From a virus, in the IMG/VR virus record IMGVR_UViG_3300034105_003151, positions 87,301-151,300 of that record: DNA of 64,000 nt, one strand, 5' to 3'. Of this stretch, positions 20,282-31,096 are shown one piece after another; the stretch's first letter is position 1; every line of letters begins with the position of its first letter. A program made the translations under genes and the position numbers. The notes under the pieces were generated by a model. The model was not told the origin of the DNA, did no database searches, and was given only the letters and a program-made list of their open reading frames with translations.

Positions 20282-20497
20282 ATGAAGAACTACTTTGGCA
20301 AGGCGATTGCCCCTAACGCTGACGTTCAGCGACACAACGAACAGATCGCTCACCTGCGTGAACAACTTGCTAATGCAGAAACTAACAATGATGGGAGTCG
20401 TTGTGCCAAGATGGAAATCGAAGCCTATCAAAACTTCCTTCGTATCGCTCTGGAAAGCAAGGCCAACGTTGCCTCTACCATGTTCAAGAGGAAGTGA
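20282..20497 (+). CDS. Early hypothetical protein
   Basis: GGAGAG RBS, first ORF after the promoter at 20214. Confidence 0.7.
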   Translation: MKNYFGKAIAPNADVQRHNEQIAHLREQLANAETNNDGSRCAKMEIEAYQNFLRIALESKANVASTMFKRK

Positions 20498-21016
20498 GAA
20501 ACCTTACGATTTTGTAAGGAAACTTTCTCATTGACAATCCCTTTCCTAGACGATAAAATACAAGCACAAGAGAACACAAAGGAAAAAGAAATGACTACAC
20601 TCTATCGGGTTGAATTGCATTCGGAAGGCTCTACGGTCTATCTTCTCACGAATAAGGGTTGGGCTGATATCGTCCATTTCAAGGAAAATGCCGAATATCG
20701 TGCCAACGCTTGGGTGAAGAATCAAGAGCGACTTGACCGAATGGACAATGGCTGAACCTTACGGAATTGTAAGGAAAGAAAGCTGTTGACATCCCCACAC
20801 AAAGACGATAAGATACTAGGACACAAAGGAAAAAGACAATGAAGACTTTCTATATGTATGAGGCTGTTGGCAACGAGTACCGATATTGGGGTACGTTGTT
20901 TGCCGACAACTGGGTTGATGCTAGGGCTACAGCGGTTAGCCTTTGGGGTATCTCCTTTGGCAACATTGTTGCTGCTAGTACTCGCCTTCCCTTCTCTATG
21001 GTTACGGAGTGAACAG

Positions 21017-21205
21017 GTGAATAGGTTTGATGGTTACGATACGATAGAGTTGGGTAAGAGGCTTGTGCAGTTCCAGGCTGCTCTGGAGAAGTGTACGCCT
21101 GAACAACCTAACGCTCGTACATATATCAGAGAGATGATTCGTGCTATCGCCCGTGAACTACTGTATAGGTATCGTCAAGAGACTGAGCTACTGTACAGTA
21201 AGTGA
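21017..21205 (+). CDS. Small helical protein, paralog of 23125..23307
   Basis: GGAG RBS and GTG start; YDTIELGKRLVQFQ...ARELLYRYRQET. Confidence 0.7.
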   Translation: MNRFDGYDTIELGKRLVQFQAALEKCTPEQPNARTYIREMIRAIARELLYRYRQETELLYSK

Positions 21206-21239
21206 TCATATGTACACTCATAAGCACCTAAGACCTTGA

Positions 21240-21321
21240 CGTAAAGCCTTACTGCATAAGGACTTGCGACAAGGCGGGCGGGCCGCATTTGACGTAAACC
21301 CTTGTGGCGTATAGACTTACG
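21240..21321. repeat. Element A copy 2 (double)
   Basis: CGTAAAGCCTT-N7-AAGGACTTGCG, GGCGGGCCG, CGTAAACCCTT-N7-ATAGACTTACG; 53-bp period. Confidence 0.92.
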
Positions 21322-21356
21322 ACTGTACTATCTAAATTACGCTACTAGAGCCCTGC

Positions 21357-21373
21357 TTGGCACGGTATTTGCA
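21357..21373 (+). promoter_or_regulatory. sigma54-type -24/-12 site
   Basis: TTGGCACGGTATTTGCA matches YTGGCACGRNNNTTGCW. Confidence 0.75.
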
Positions 21374-21952
21374 CATCGAAAATATTTTGGATTTTCTTGG
21401 ATTTTTCTCTTGCAAGAGGTCGATAGAGTATGTATAATGCACTCACAAGAGAAACGAAGGAAAAAGGAAAAGAAAATGCGAGACATCAAAGTTGGCGAGC
21501 GGGTGGTTTTGGTGGAATCCGATTGGCTGTATGATGACGGTCAAGAGCCGCGTGGTGTGGTCGTTCGAGATTTGGGTCAAGGTGGATTTGTGATCCTGTG
21601 GGATGATGGTGAAGAGGGATCGGTTTCGGAAGAACAACTGGCTCACGAATAAAAAAGAAAAAAGGCTATTGACAGCGGTGAAAAAAGTCGATAAAATACT
21701 AGAACAAGAGAACGAAGAACAAAGGAAAAAGAAAATGTACGCTGTCAAGAATGTCGATTGCAAGTGGGTTGTGGTGGCTGGCAAGGTTGAGTTGGCCTCT
21801 TTCGCCACGGAGAATGAGGCTAACCGCTATGCCGATTATATGGATCGGATGGATCGTCGGGACAACGGTCGATAATTCAAAAAAGCTGTTGACAGATTCG
21901 GATTCGGACGATAAAATCCTAGCAGATCGATAACCCCAAAAGGATTCTGAAA

Positions 21953-22135
21953 ATGGACAACTTCACGGGCGAGATGTTTGCCGATTTTGATGTCTATCAA
22001 GCCAGAATGGAGAATGAAGCCATGCCTTATGAGGATTGCGAAACTTATGACCCCATTATGGGGGGTGATGAGGATTGGACCGAAACGGACGATGATTTTG
22101 CCGCCGATTATTACGGCGAAGAGGAGTTTGCCTAA
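21953..22135 (+). CDS. Very acidic small early protein
   Basis: 60 aa, D/E-rich with only one basic residue; own promoter and AAGGA RBS. Confidence 0.7.
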   Translation: MDNFTGEMFADFDVYQARMENEAMPYEDCETYDPIMGGDEDWTETDDDFAADYYGEEEFA

Positions 22136-22148
22136 AAGGGCAACTTGA

Positions 22149-22194
22149 CCTAAACCTTTGCCTCGTAAAGACTTACGGCGAGGCGGGCGGGCCG
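22149..22194. repeat. Element A copy 3 (single plus core)
   Basis: CCTAAACCTTT-N7-AAAGACTTACG then GGCGGGCCG. Confidence 0.88.
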
Positions 22195-22200
22195 ATTTTT

Positions 22201-22237
22201 TTGGCACGGTATTTGCATTTAGCAAACGGTGTGCCAA
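22201..22237. promoter_or_regulatory. Convergent pair of sigma54-type sites
   Basis: TTGGCACGGTATTTGCA (+) facing TTGGCACACCGTTTGCT (-). Confidence 0.75.
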
Positions 22238-23124
22238 TTACCTCGCCAATTTTCTTTTCTGTTTGGCATGGAAAATAATTTCAAATTTCTTGGATTTTTT
22301 TCTTGAAACTCAAGTTTGTCTCTGTATAATGTCGATAGATAAGAGAGAAACGAAACCCAAGAGGATACGATCATGCGAGCCATCGAAAACGCTAACGTCA
22401 AGGAAAACACCTATTACGAAATCAGCATCGCCTCCCCTATCTGTGGTACTTATACCATACGGGGAATGTTTTTCTTCGTTGACGTTGATGCTAACAAAGT
22501 GGGAATTATTCCCGCATGGAACACCAATATCCTGCTCAACTACGATGCTGATTGGATTGTGAGTGTTGACGGTGTTGACGGAGACACGAAGGGGGATTGA
22601 TATTCCCCACAAGGGGAGGAAGAAACCTTACGGAAATGTAAGGAAACTTTCTTGTTGACACTCAATTCCTACCCTGTATAATGTCGATAGATTCACAAGA
22701 GACACAAGCCCAAAGGAAAAGACCATGCACCCCACAATCCCCAAGCACTTCGAAGCTCGATTTGTTCTCCAGTATGATTCTTCTTTTAATGTCTACAACG
22801 TTTATGAGAAAATGAATGGTGGGGGAGTGCAGATTATCGCAGGTTTTCCTACTTTTTCGCAAGCTGTTCGATGCATGGAACAGAATGAATGAAGGCGAAC
22901 CTTACGAAAATGTAAGGAAAGTTTTCTGTTGACAACCCTTCCCCTAGACGATAGAATACAAACATGACACAACAAATGCAAAACACGCTTAGTCGCCTCA
23001 CCGCTACCCACGGCTATACTCCTACCTTTGTGCAGGATTTGGGCTATGGTATTCATGTGTACAGTATCGGTGGATACTACTACAAGCTTCGCGGCGATGG
23101 TACGATTCTGTGAAAGGGAAAACT

Positions 23125-23307
23125 ATGTTTGAAAGCTACGATACTCACGAGCTTGGTTTGCGGATGGTGCAATTCCAAGAGTCTTTGGCTAAGTGTAAGC
23201 CTGAACAGGTGTTCGTCTGTTCATTCCTTCGCCAGATGATTTCCTCTATGGCTAGGGAACTGTTGTACAGGTACAGGCGAGAGACTAAACTTCTGTGCAG
23301 TAGGTGA
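23125..23307 (+). CDS. Small helical protein, paralog of 21017..21205
   Basis: YDTHELGLRMVQFQ...ARELLYRYRRET. Confidence 0.7.
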   Translation: MFESYDTHELGLRMVQFQESLAKCKPEQVFVCSFLRQMISSMARELLYRYRRETKLLCSR

Positions 23308-23321
23308 ACAAAAGTACTCGA

Positions 23322-23403
23322 CGTAAAGCCTTACCACATAAGGACTTACGACTAGGCGGGCGGGCCGCGTTTTTCGTAACTCCTTATCTGGCAACGACTT
23401 AGG
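23322..23403. repeat. Element A copy 4 (double)
   Basis: Palindromes start at 23322 and 23375. Confidence 0.92.
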
Positions 23404-23415
23404 TCAAATGCTAAC

Positions 23416-23472
23416 GCAAACCGCGTGCCGTTCGTTTTGGCACGGAAAATGCATTTAGCAAAGAGTGTGCCA
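23416..23472. promoter_or_regulatory. Three sigma54-type sites (-,+,-)
   Basis: CGGCACGCGGTTTGC (-), TTGGCACGGAAAATGCA (+), TGGCACACTCTTTGCT (-). Confidence 0.72.
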
Positions 23473-23848
23473 TTCGTGATGAAAATTGGAAAAAGTTGTG
23501 TCAAAATCTCTTGACAAAAAAATCCAAAAAAATCTCTTGCATTCTCAAGTTGGCGTGGTATAATGTCGATATAAGAGTAAGAGACAAAGAAAGAGAGAAA
23601 AGAATGTTTGAGATTGGTGACCGGGTGATTGTGGATTGCGACGTTGTGGGTCGGATTATCGGATGGAGATATGACGAAGGTAATGTGTGGGCCGTACAGA
23701 TCACCAATGGTGATATCATTGAATGTGCCGACGATTATCTCTCTCCAGCTAAGTGATTCCAATCCTTACGATATTGTAAGGAAACTTTTCCTGTTGACAA
23801 ATCGCACAAAAGACGATAAAATAGAAACACAAGAAAGAAAAAACAAAA

Positions 23849-24175
23849 ATGAGCAAGTTGAACAGTATCACGCTTCGTAAAGATAACAGTATGATTGAGC
23901 ATTACATTCGTGAGGATGGTGTTCAAGATATCTATCGTTTCAAGAATGGTTATGGTGCTAGCGTTGTATGTTCTTGCGGTAGTTATGGTGGTAAACAGGG
24001 ATTGAAAGAGTTGGCAGTTCTTGATAAGGATGGACATATCTGTTATGATACTCCGATTACTGGTGATGTTCTTGGATGGCTGACGGATGAGCAAGTAGAA
24101 GAGTATCTGAGTCAGATTGCGAACCTTCCTACTGAAGTGAAAAAGCTCTCTACCGAAGTTAAGAGACTTACATAG
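23849..24175 (+). CDS. Conserved phage hypothetical protein
   Basis: FKNGYGASVV...SYGG..GL.ELAVL...YDTPIT.DVLGWL pattern recognised from phage proteins. Confidence 0.7.
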   Translation: MSKLNSITLRKDNSMIEHYIREDGVQDIYRFKNGYGASVVCSCGSYGGKQGLKELAVLDKDGHICYDTPITGDVLGWLTDEQVEEYLSQIANLPTEVKKLSTEVKRLT

Positions 24176-24683
24176 GTTAGATTAGGACGTTTAGTAAACT
24201 ACAGTTTTTACACAGAAAGAAGAAAAGATGTACAGTTTCATTTGGCTGTGTCGGATGATGCAAGAGCGAACGGAAGTCGTTCTTTTGGGTGGTGATAATA
24301 AGACCTACTATGGTACTATTAATAGTATCGTCATCGATGATGGTAGTGGTAGGAGCTGGGTTGTAACGCTTGCGTTGGTTGGTGGTGGATATAAAACTAT
24401 TCTTGTAAAGGCTGAGTAATGAACGGTTACGAACTGCTTGAACTTTTTGGCCGACAACTGCGTGAGGCTATCGAGGTTCCTAATTCTTGGCTTCCCGAAG
24501 AGTTTAGGGACGAGCGTACCGATAGTGTTACACTTGCCGATCTGGAACATAAGTGTGACATTCGTGATAGTAACAACATGACCGACTACGAATACGAAAA
24601 GGCCGAAAAGGCCAAGCGTATACTGTTGTACACTGAACAGGTGAACAGTGGTGCAGAAGAATTGACCTATCTACAAAAGTGAT

Positions 24684-24765
24684 CGTAAGTGGTTGTTGCA
24701 TAAGGACTTACGACGAGCGGGGCGGGCCGTTTTTAACGTAAACCCTTATCACCAAAGGACTTGCG
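24684..24765. repeat. Element A copy 5 (double)
   Basis: Palindromes start at 24684 and 24737. Confidence 0.92.
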
Positions 24766-24800
24766 ACAAGTGTTTTAGCCAAACTACCCAGATGCCGCAC

Positions 24801-24817
24801 AGCAAGTCTTGTGCCAA
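24801..24817 (-). promoter_or_regulatory. sigma54-type site
   Basis: TTGGCACAAGACTTGCT. Confidence 0.72.
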
Positions 24818-25818
24818 ACAGGCCCAAAATAAGGAAAAGTTTTGTCAAAATCTCTTGACAATATTTTTGGGATTTTTCTCTTGCGTTCTCAAGTGGATAT
24901 GGTATAATGTCGATATGAGAGTTAGAGACAACAAGAGAGAAAACCAAATGAACATCGAAACTGACCACATCATCCGACTTCTGACCAGCCTGTTTAATGA
25001 ACGGGAAAAGGAGTCGGTCATGTCTATGGCCTACGCAAAACTGACGGTGGACATCCTGCAAATCGAAAAGATTCTCGCTCATCGTGGTGTCGATGTTGGG
25101 CAAATCTTCTCAAACCTTACGGAAATGTAAGGAAAGATTTCGCTTGCAATCCTCAAGACCATCGGGTAAAATGTCGATATAGAAGAAAAGAAAGAAAGAA
25201 GAAAATGAGAAAGTTTTACAAAATTTCGGATGATGGATATGATCGTTATAAAGATGATCGTGATGGATATGTTTCTGCTCAAGAACAGCTTGATAGGCAA
25301 GCTGCGTTTGCCAAAGAGATCGGTGATATACAAGCCAAGTCGTTGGCGCTGTTTTGCAAGAAGAATGGATTGAAAGACTGAATATGAGAACTGTATACGT
25401 TTACAAGTGGATTAACCACACTACTGTTTATATGGGAACCGTTAGGATTCCTAGTGATAACTTCCTCGCTCAGTTGAAGGTTATTCACGACACTTTTGGT
25501 GATGATTGTGTGTGGTACAATCGTCCGATTCTTGATCCTCTTGCTCTGAATGGTTGAATATGACTATCTCTGATTTAAATATGGATGATGTGTGCTGTGT
25601 TACCTACACGGCTCCTCATAGGTTGGTGCCTCATAGTAATTATGTTGGTACTGTTGTACGTCTTGGTAAGGCCGGTGGTGGTCCGATCCGCCCTGGATAC
25701 TCCAGCGATAGTGATGATCATTATGTTATTATCCGACTGAATGATGATACTCACCGTACTCTTTCTCAGAGTAAGGTTATCAACATCTCTCTGTGGGAGT
25801 AAATAAAAGAAAACTCGA

Positions 25819-25900
25819 CCTAAACCCTTGTCAGATAAGGACTTAGGGCAAAAACGGCGGGCCGCGTTCGCCGTAAACCCTTACGCGGCAACGACTTACG
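25819..25900. repeat. Element A copy 6 (double)
   Basis: Palindromes start at 25819 and 25872. Confidence 0.92.
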
Positions 25901-25912
25901 ACAAGTCATGAG

Positions 25913-25976
25913 GCAAACCGTGTGCTACAAAAAAATATTCTTTGGCATGGAACGTGCATTAGCAAACCCCGTGCCG
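25913..25976. promoter_or_regulatory. Cluster of sigma54-type sites (degenerate -, +, -)
   Basis: AGCACACGGTTTGC (-), TTGGCATGGAACGTGCA (+), CGGCACGGGGTTTGCT (-). Confidence 0.65.
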
Positions 25977-27112
25977 AACTAGATCAAAATGACCCAAAGT
26001 TTTGTCAAAATCTCTTGACACAAATCCGAGAAGATTTTTCTTGCAAAGTGGATTTTGTCTGGTAAAATGCCGATATACAAGATAGGACACAAGGAAAAAA
26101 GGAAAGAACATGAAAACGGTCACCCTCACCATCGACACCTACAACAAGAGCTTCGCCCTCCATGCGGCTGTCAAGGGTCGGATCGATCATCTCTCAGAGT
26201 TGCTCTCTAGCAAGGGATTGAGCGGTGAAGTCAAGGACATTTTCCGCAAGGATTTGGCCGAACTTAAGGCTATGCAAAAGCAGTTGGACAACTGGGATTG
26301 AACCTAACGAAATTGCAAGCTTGACACCGCCGCGACGATTTGCTAGAATCCAATCTCACAAGAAAACTCCAAAGGAAAAAGACAATGACTGATATCCAAA
26401 CCCTCTCGACTCGCAAGCTCATCCGTTACGCCAAGCGTCAAGCTCGCTCTAGCTTCCTTGGCATGGTTACGGAAAGTGAAGATAAGGAAGTCGATGGTAT
26501 TCCTGTGACGGTTCACACTGTTCGCAAGTTCAATCGGAAGGCTCTGCTGAATCCGCCCAAGGTTAAGAAGGATCGTCCCGCTGGTGATGCTAGTATCATT
26601 CGCGTCGGTAATCCCGGTTCGTCTGAGCGTCTGGATGCCTACGCTGCGTTCTACGCTGCGAATGGTTGCGTTAATAATAAGTACGATGGTAACATTTCCC
26701 CTTTTATGGACATGAATTGAATATGATCAAGGTTTACATTGTGATGCAGACCAATAGTACTACTGACTATGCTGTTGGTGTGTTTCTTTCGTTGGATTCT
26801 GCCCGAAAATGTGTTGACCAATTGAAGGCTCATCCCAATAATAAGTATCTGCATTTCTGGATTGACTCTAATAACACTTTACAGGATTAACAATGACTGT
26901 TTACCTTGTTTTTACAACTATGCTTGATCAAACCTCTTTTGTGGGTGCTTATCAAACCCGCGAACTAGCCGATGAAACAATCAAGATGCTTAAGAGTGTT
27001 CAGTTCGTTGGTAAAGAATACTGGGTGATCGAAGAACCAGTTGTAACAAAACTGTATGAAGTCGATCCTTGGCTCGGAGCCAATCGAAACACTTAGTACG
27101 ATACGAACTTGA

Positions 27113-27194
27113 CGCAAACCCTTGCTGCGTAAGGACTTACGGCGAGGGCGGCGGGCCGCGTTTGACGCAAACCCTTTGGAGGCAACAACTTACG
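27113..27194. repeat. Element A copy 7 (double)
   Basis: Palindromes start at 27113 and 27166. Confidence 0.92.
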
Positions 27195-27554
27195 TCAACC
27201 TTACGGAAAATTCAGAATTGACATTTGAGAAAGTTGTGGTATAATGTCGATAGTGATAGGAGAGGGATGGTTGGAGTAGGACTGTCCAATCTAATCATCA
27301 CCAGTTGGCCCCGTAGTCAGTAGTCAGTGGGCTTGACAAGTAAAGATTTCTTGGTAGAATGTCGATAAAGGAGAAAAGCATGATTCTTGCTCTACAGGTT
27401 GCTGGTCTGTTTTTTGGTATCTGGTTCGCATCTGTGAATATTGCTAATATTATTCATGGATATGCAGTGAATTGGAAGAATATGCTGGTTATGTCTGCGG
27501 CATGGACTTCATTCATTACTGCGACATGGTTGATTTAAAAAAGGGAAAATAATA

Positions 27555-27863
27555 ATGGGACTACAAGCACTGATTAATGCTCTCGCCGCTGCTGACCAAG
27601 ATTACGTCGCTCCGTTTGGGTTTGGATCGCCCGATAGTTATCGTGGTTACTATTTTGACGTAGCTTTCGAACCTGAACGAAATGTGACTGTCGCATCAAT
27701 GCTTGCTCATGCGAAGAGTGCATTGGGAGCAACATTTACAGGATATAAGGGTGGAGAGTATGTGATGGGTCCACATACGGACTGCTATATTGCACAATAT
27801 GGTGAATGTTATGGAGATAAGATTGGCCCCGTCTTGGTTGCTTATCTTACGGGTCAGGCTTGA
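27555..27863 (+). CDS. Conserved phage hypothetical protein
   Basis: SYRGYY.DVAFEP...FTGYKGGEY.M pattern. Confidence 0.7.
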   Translation: MGLQALINALAAADQDYVAPFGFGSPDSYRGYYFDVAFEPERNVTVASMLAHAKSALGATFTGYKGGEYVMGPHTDCYIAQYGECYGDKIGPVLVAYLTGQA

Positions 27864-28759
27864 CTTTTCTGCGTAGCATGATACAATTATCCAAAAGGAA
27901 AACTTCGATGAAAATCAGTATGTGTATTGGCAATTGGGTTGCTTTCAGAGAGATAAAGCCCAACACTCTTTTCCAATTTTGTGAAAGGACATATCTCAAA
28001 CTTGACGAACAAAATCTATGTGGTGTCAATCTTCATTCTGCCACAATCACTCATTTTGAGGAAGAGGATGTTGTTATCCCGCTAGAGTCCAATATTCTGA
28101 TAGTACATCCAGTTGTAGACTAACAAAAAAGGAGAAAGTAATGATTTTTGAACGAGCAAAGCCAAAAGTTACATCTGTGGAGTTTCGGGATCTCCCCTTT
28201 GGTGCTAATTTCATATATGGGGGCGAACTATTTCTCAAGGTGATTAATCCAACCTCCGATAATAATTCTGTTGGTCTTGAGGCCAACCGCATGTGGTGGT
28301 TTGGTAAAGACATTGTGGTTACTCCCACTAAAGTCAAGATAGTTGAGGTGACAGAATGAAATGCTACTATGTTGTTTATAAAGCAACTCCAAATAGTATT
28401 GTCGAGGCGAGAGCCGTCATAACCGAAAATATTGACGATTACTTTCCTACTGGAACAATTATCCTCGATATTTATGAAATGATTAGTATGTCTGATAAGA
28501 CAGGAGTTGTGAAATAATCAAATGAAAAGTATGCTCAAGGTTAGCCACAAAACTGTTATTGAGAATCAGGGGCCGTGCGGAACTGGCTGGGATGATTATT
28601 CTTGGGAGGTAGCATATCATGATGGTACTGATCCATCTTTTACTATCTCATACATTGAAGTATCGGACTACAAGAACAATCAGCACAACAATATGACAGT
28701 GGAGGAAGCCGTCCAGATTGCCCGTGCTATCCTTAGAATGGTGGGAGAAAAAGAATGAA

Positions 28760-28805
28760 CGTAAACCCGTGTGGCGTAAGCACTTACGTCAAATCGGGCG
28801 GGCCG
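28760..28805. repeat. Element A copy 8 (single plus core)
   Basis: CGTAAACCCGT-N7-AAGCACTTACG then GGCGGGCCG. Confidence 0.88.
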
Positions 28806-28820
28806 CGAAAATCGTGCCAA
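28805..28820 (-). promoter_or_regulatory. sigma54-type site
   Basis: TTGGCACGATTTTCGC. Confidence 0.65.
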
Positions 28821-28908
28821 AGAATTTTGCGATTTTGCAGAAAGATTTCTCTAGATTCTGCTTGACGGTGCCGATAAATATGGTATACTTAGAGCATCAC
28901 AAGGAGAA

Positions 28909-29211
28909 ATGAAAGTGGAACATAACGGATTCAAGAACAAAGCAACGTGGCTCGTCTCGCTCTGGCTGAATAACCAAGAGCATATCTATACCCATTGGCG
29001 GAATGTCGCCCACACCATTGGCAGACAATATCCTCCTATGAATGAGGCTGTGGTTCGGCTCGCGGATCGATTGGAAGATTGTTTTCAGAGTATGGCCGTT
29101 GATGCTCTTGAAACCAATCCAATGTTTGTCGATATTCTTCAATCGGCTCTGGCCGATGTTGATTGGAAAACGATTGCTGGACATTTCATCGATGCGGCAG
29201 CGGGTGCTTGA
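28909..29211 (+). CDS. Conserved phage early protein (GWxNxxTW-like family)
   Basis: NGFKNKATWLVSLWLNN...VDWKTIA; AGGAG RBS, own promoter. Confidence 0.7.
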   Translation: MKVEHNGFKNKATWLVSLWLNNQEHIYTHWRNVAHTIGRQYPPMNEAVVRLADRLEDCFQSMAVDALETNPMFVDILQSALADVDWKTIAGHFIDAAAGA

Positions 29212-29500
29212 CAAACTCTTTTCGTGTGTTAGAATACGGATTCACAAGGAGAAAATCATGCGGGACTTTGATGAAATCAACTTGATTCTTGACCAGCTTC
29301 ACGCCGAAGGAATGGTAGAGCCGGTAGTCGAGCCTATTGATGATCCTTCCCTCCAAATTGACTTTTACGATTGGGCAGAAATCGTGGGAATTGATGTTGA
29401 CGAATGGGCACCGGAGGAGTACAATGCCTGAATCATTTCTGGTCTTTGGTTTCTGGATCATGGTTTCAATTATGTTTCTAACCTACAAGGAATAAATATC

Positions 29501-29653
29501 ATGGGTTTTAATGATCATGACAACACGGAACACGATTCCGATTTCTACGATTCCGTGGGCGATGTAATGGACGGAGATCACGATTCCGCCATGCGTGATG
29601 CGGGATGGGGGACGGACGAGGATTATGGATTTTTCGGTGGCGATGACGATTGA
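29501..29653 (+). CDS. 50-aa acidic protein missing from the ORF track
   Basis: AAGGAA RBS; MGFNDHDNTEHDSDFYDSVGDVMDGDHDSAMRDAGWGTDEDYGFFGGDDD. Confidence 0.65.
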   Translation: MGFNDHDNTEHDSDFYDSVGDVMDGDHDSAMRDAGWGTDEDYGFFGGDDD

Positions 29654-30172
29654 CAAAACGTTTTGTTGTGGTATACTTCGATAGTTGTTTGGATTTTCTT
29701 TCACAAAGGGATTTTTTAGTATGAATAATGTCAGTTTTTCTGTTGCTCTTTTTGTTGTCGCTCTTGTTGGTGCGGTGGTTGGTTATCTGGCCTATAACAG
29801 TGCATATGGTGGACTCAAGTATAGGCTGAATAAGGTTAGTCTGACCAATGCCCAAAAGGGTGAGGTTTATAACTTTACTTATTGCCAGCCTCTTAGTGGA
29901 AAGCGTGAACGTTATCTGGCAAGGGTTGAGAATGTTAATCTGCTGACTGCACAACAGATCAGTAGACTTAATACTCATAGTAATTATCGTGCTAATGATC
30001 CTTCATTTGAGCGTAGTAGCACTCTTGTTACTGTTCGTACTTATGATGGTCAGATTCGGAATGTGTATGCTGAACGTTGTGTAAATGTACGCAAGCCTTA
30101 TCTTGGACAAAAGCTGTTTGGTATGCCCAAGGTTGCGGCATATCTGCTCTAAAAACGAGCAACGCTACTCGC

Positions 30173-30254
30173 CGTAAACCCTTTGTGCGTAAGCACTTAG
30201 GGCACGGCGGGCGGGCCGTTTTTGACGTAAGTCTTTATGCAGTAAGGGGTTGAG
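30173..30254. repeat. Element A copy 9 (double)
   Basis: Palindromes start at 30173 and 30226. Confidence 0.92.
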
Positions 30255-30776
30255 TCGAGTTTTTTTCTAAAGGTTCGTGTTGACACTGGACGATAAGATG
30301 GTATGATTCGTAAACGGAGGCTGACCAATGAGTTACGTTTGGTGGGTGATTGTGGGATGTAGGAGAGTTGGGTATGTTGAGAGTCCTAGTGAAATTGGGG
30401 CGACTAGGGCGGCAAAAGAGAAGTTTGGTGATTCCGCCTGGGTTGAGAGGTACTCGGATATGAATGTGTGTAACTTCTAAACCCTCCTGTTTGTGCCGCT
30501 GTGCGTTAGTCAGTTAAAGACTATGGGGTTGACAGGTCGATAAAACGATGGTAGAATGGTGGAAAAGAGGATAAAATGAGAACATTTGCTCAATTTGAAC
30601 AATGGGCCAAAAGTATTGGCTACGTTGTAGAGAGGGTTGGTCGGCGTATTGAATGGTATCATAAGGATAATCATAGTATTATTGGAGTGTGTTCTACTAT
30701 CCAACAAACTATTGATGAAATCTGTGATGATATTCTAGCTTGACAAAAACGAGATCTGGTGTATAATGGAAGACAC

Positions 30777-30847
30777 GGGCTTGTAGTACAATGGGAGTAC
30801 ATTCGGCTTGCATCCGAAAAATGAGGGTTCGATTCCCTTCCTGTCCA
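30777..30847 (+). tRNA. tRNA-Ala(TGC)
   Basis: TTCGG-CT TGC AT-CCGAA; G3:U70; two acceptor-stem mismatches. Confidence 0.85.
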
Positions 30848-30852
30848 CTTAT

Positions 30853-30923
30853 GCGAGTGTAATACAATGGTAGTATGTCTGCCTTCCAAGCAGAACATGG
30901 GAGTTCGATTCCCCCTACTCGCA
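30853..30923 (+). tRNA. tRNA-Gly(TCC)
   Basis: TCTGC-CT TCC AA-GCAGA; GTTCGATTC T-loop. Confidence 0.92.
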
Positions 30924-30935
30924 CTTGATGATTTT

Positions 30936-31006
30936 AGGTGAATAGTATAATGGTAGTACCGCCGTCTCCAAAGCGGCTCGCGTGGGTTCGATTCCTACTT
31001 CACCTG
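30936..31006 (+). tRNA. tRNA-Trp(CCA)
   Basis: GCCGT-CT CCA AA-GCGGC. Confidence 0.92.
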
Positions 31007-31016
31007 CTTTAGTTAT

Positions 31017-31089
31017 GGTCCGTTGGCCTAGCGGTTAAGGTATCTCGTTTACACCGAGAGGATCGGGGGTTCGAATCCCTCACGGACTA
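31017..31089 (+). tRNA. tRNA-Val(TAC)
   Basis: TCTCG-TT TAC AC-CGAGA. Confidence 0.93.
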
Positions 31090-31096
31090 CTTAGAA

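Larger units (their letters stand above)
20502..25132 (+). promoter_or_regulatory. Six copies of the palindromic operator CCTTAC-N6-GTAAGG (20502, 20757, 22626, 22900, 23764, 25115)
   Basis: Perfect 6-bp arms; 11 bp (once 12 bp) upstream of a TTGACA/TTGCAA -35 box. Confidence 0.8.

Noticed and set aside
22158-28912. Similar-looking ORFs with KDLRRGGRA-type peptides (22158, 24693, 28718)
   Set aside because: These are translations of element A, not a protein family.
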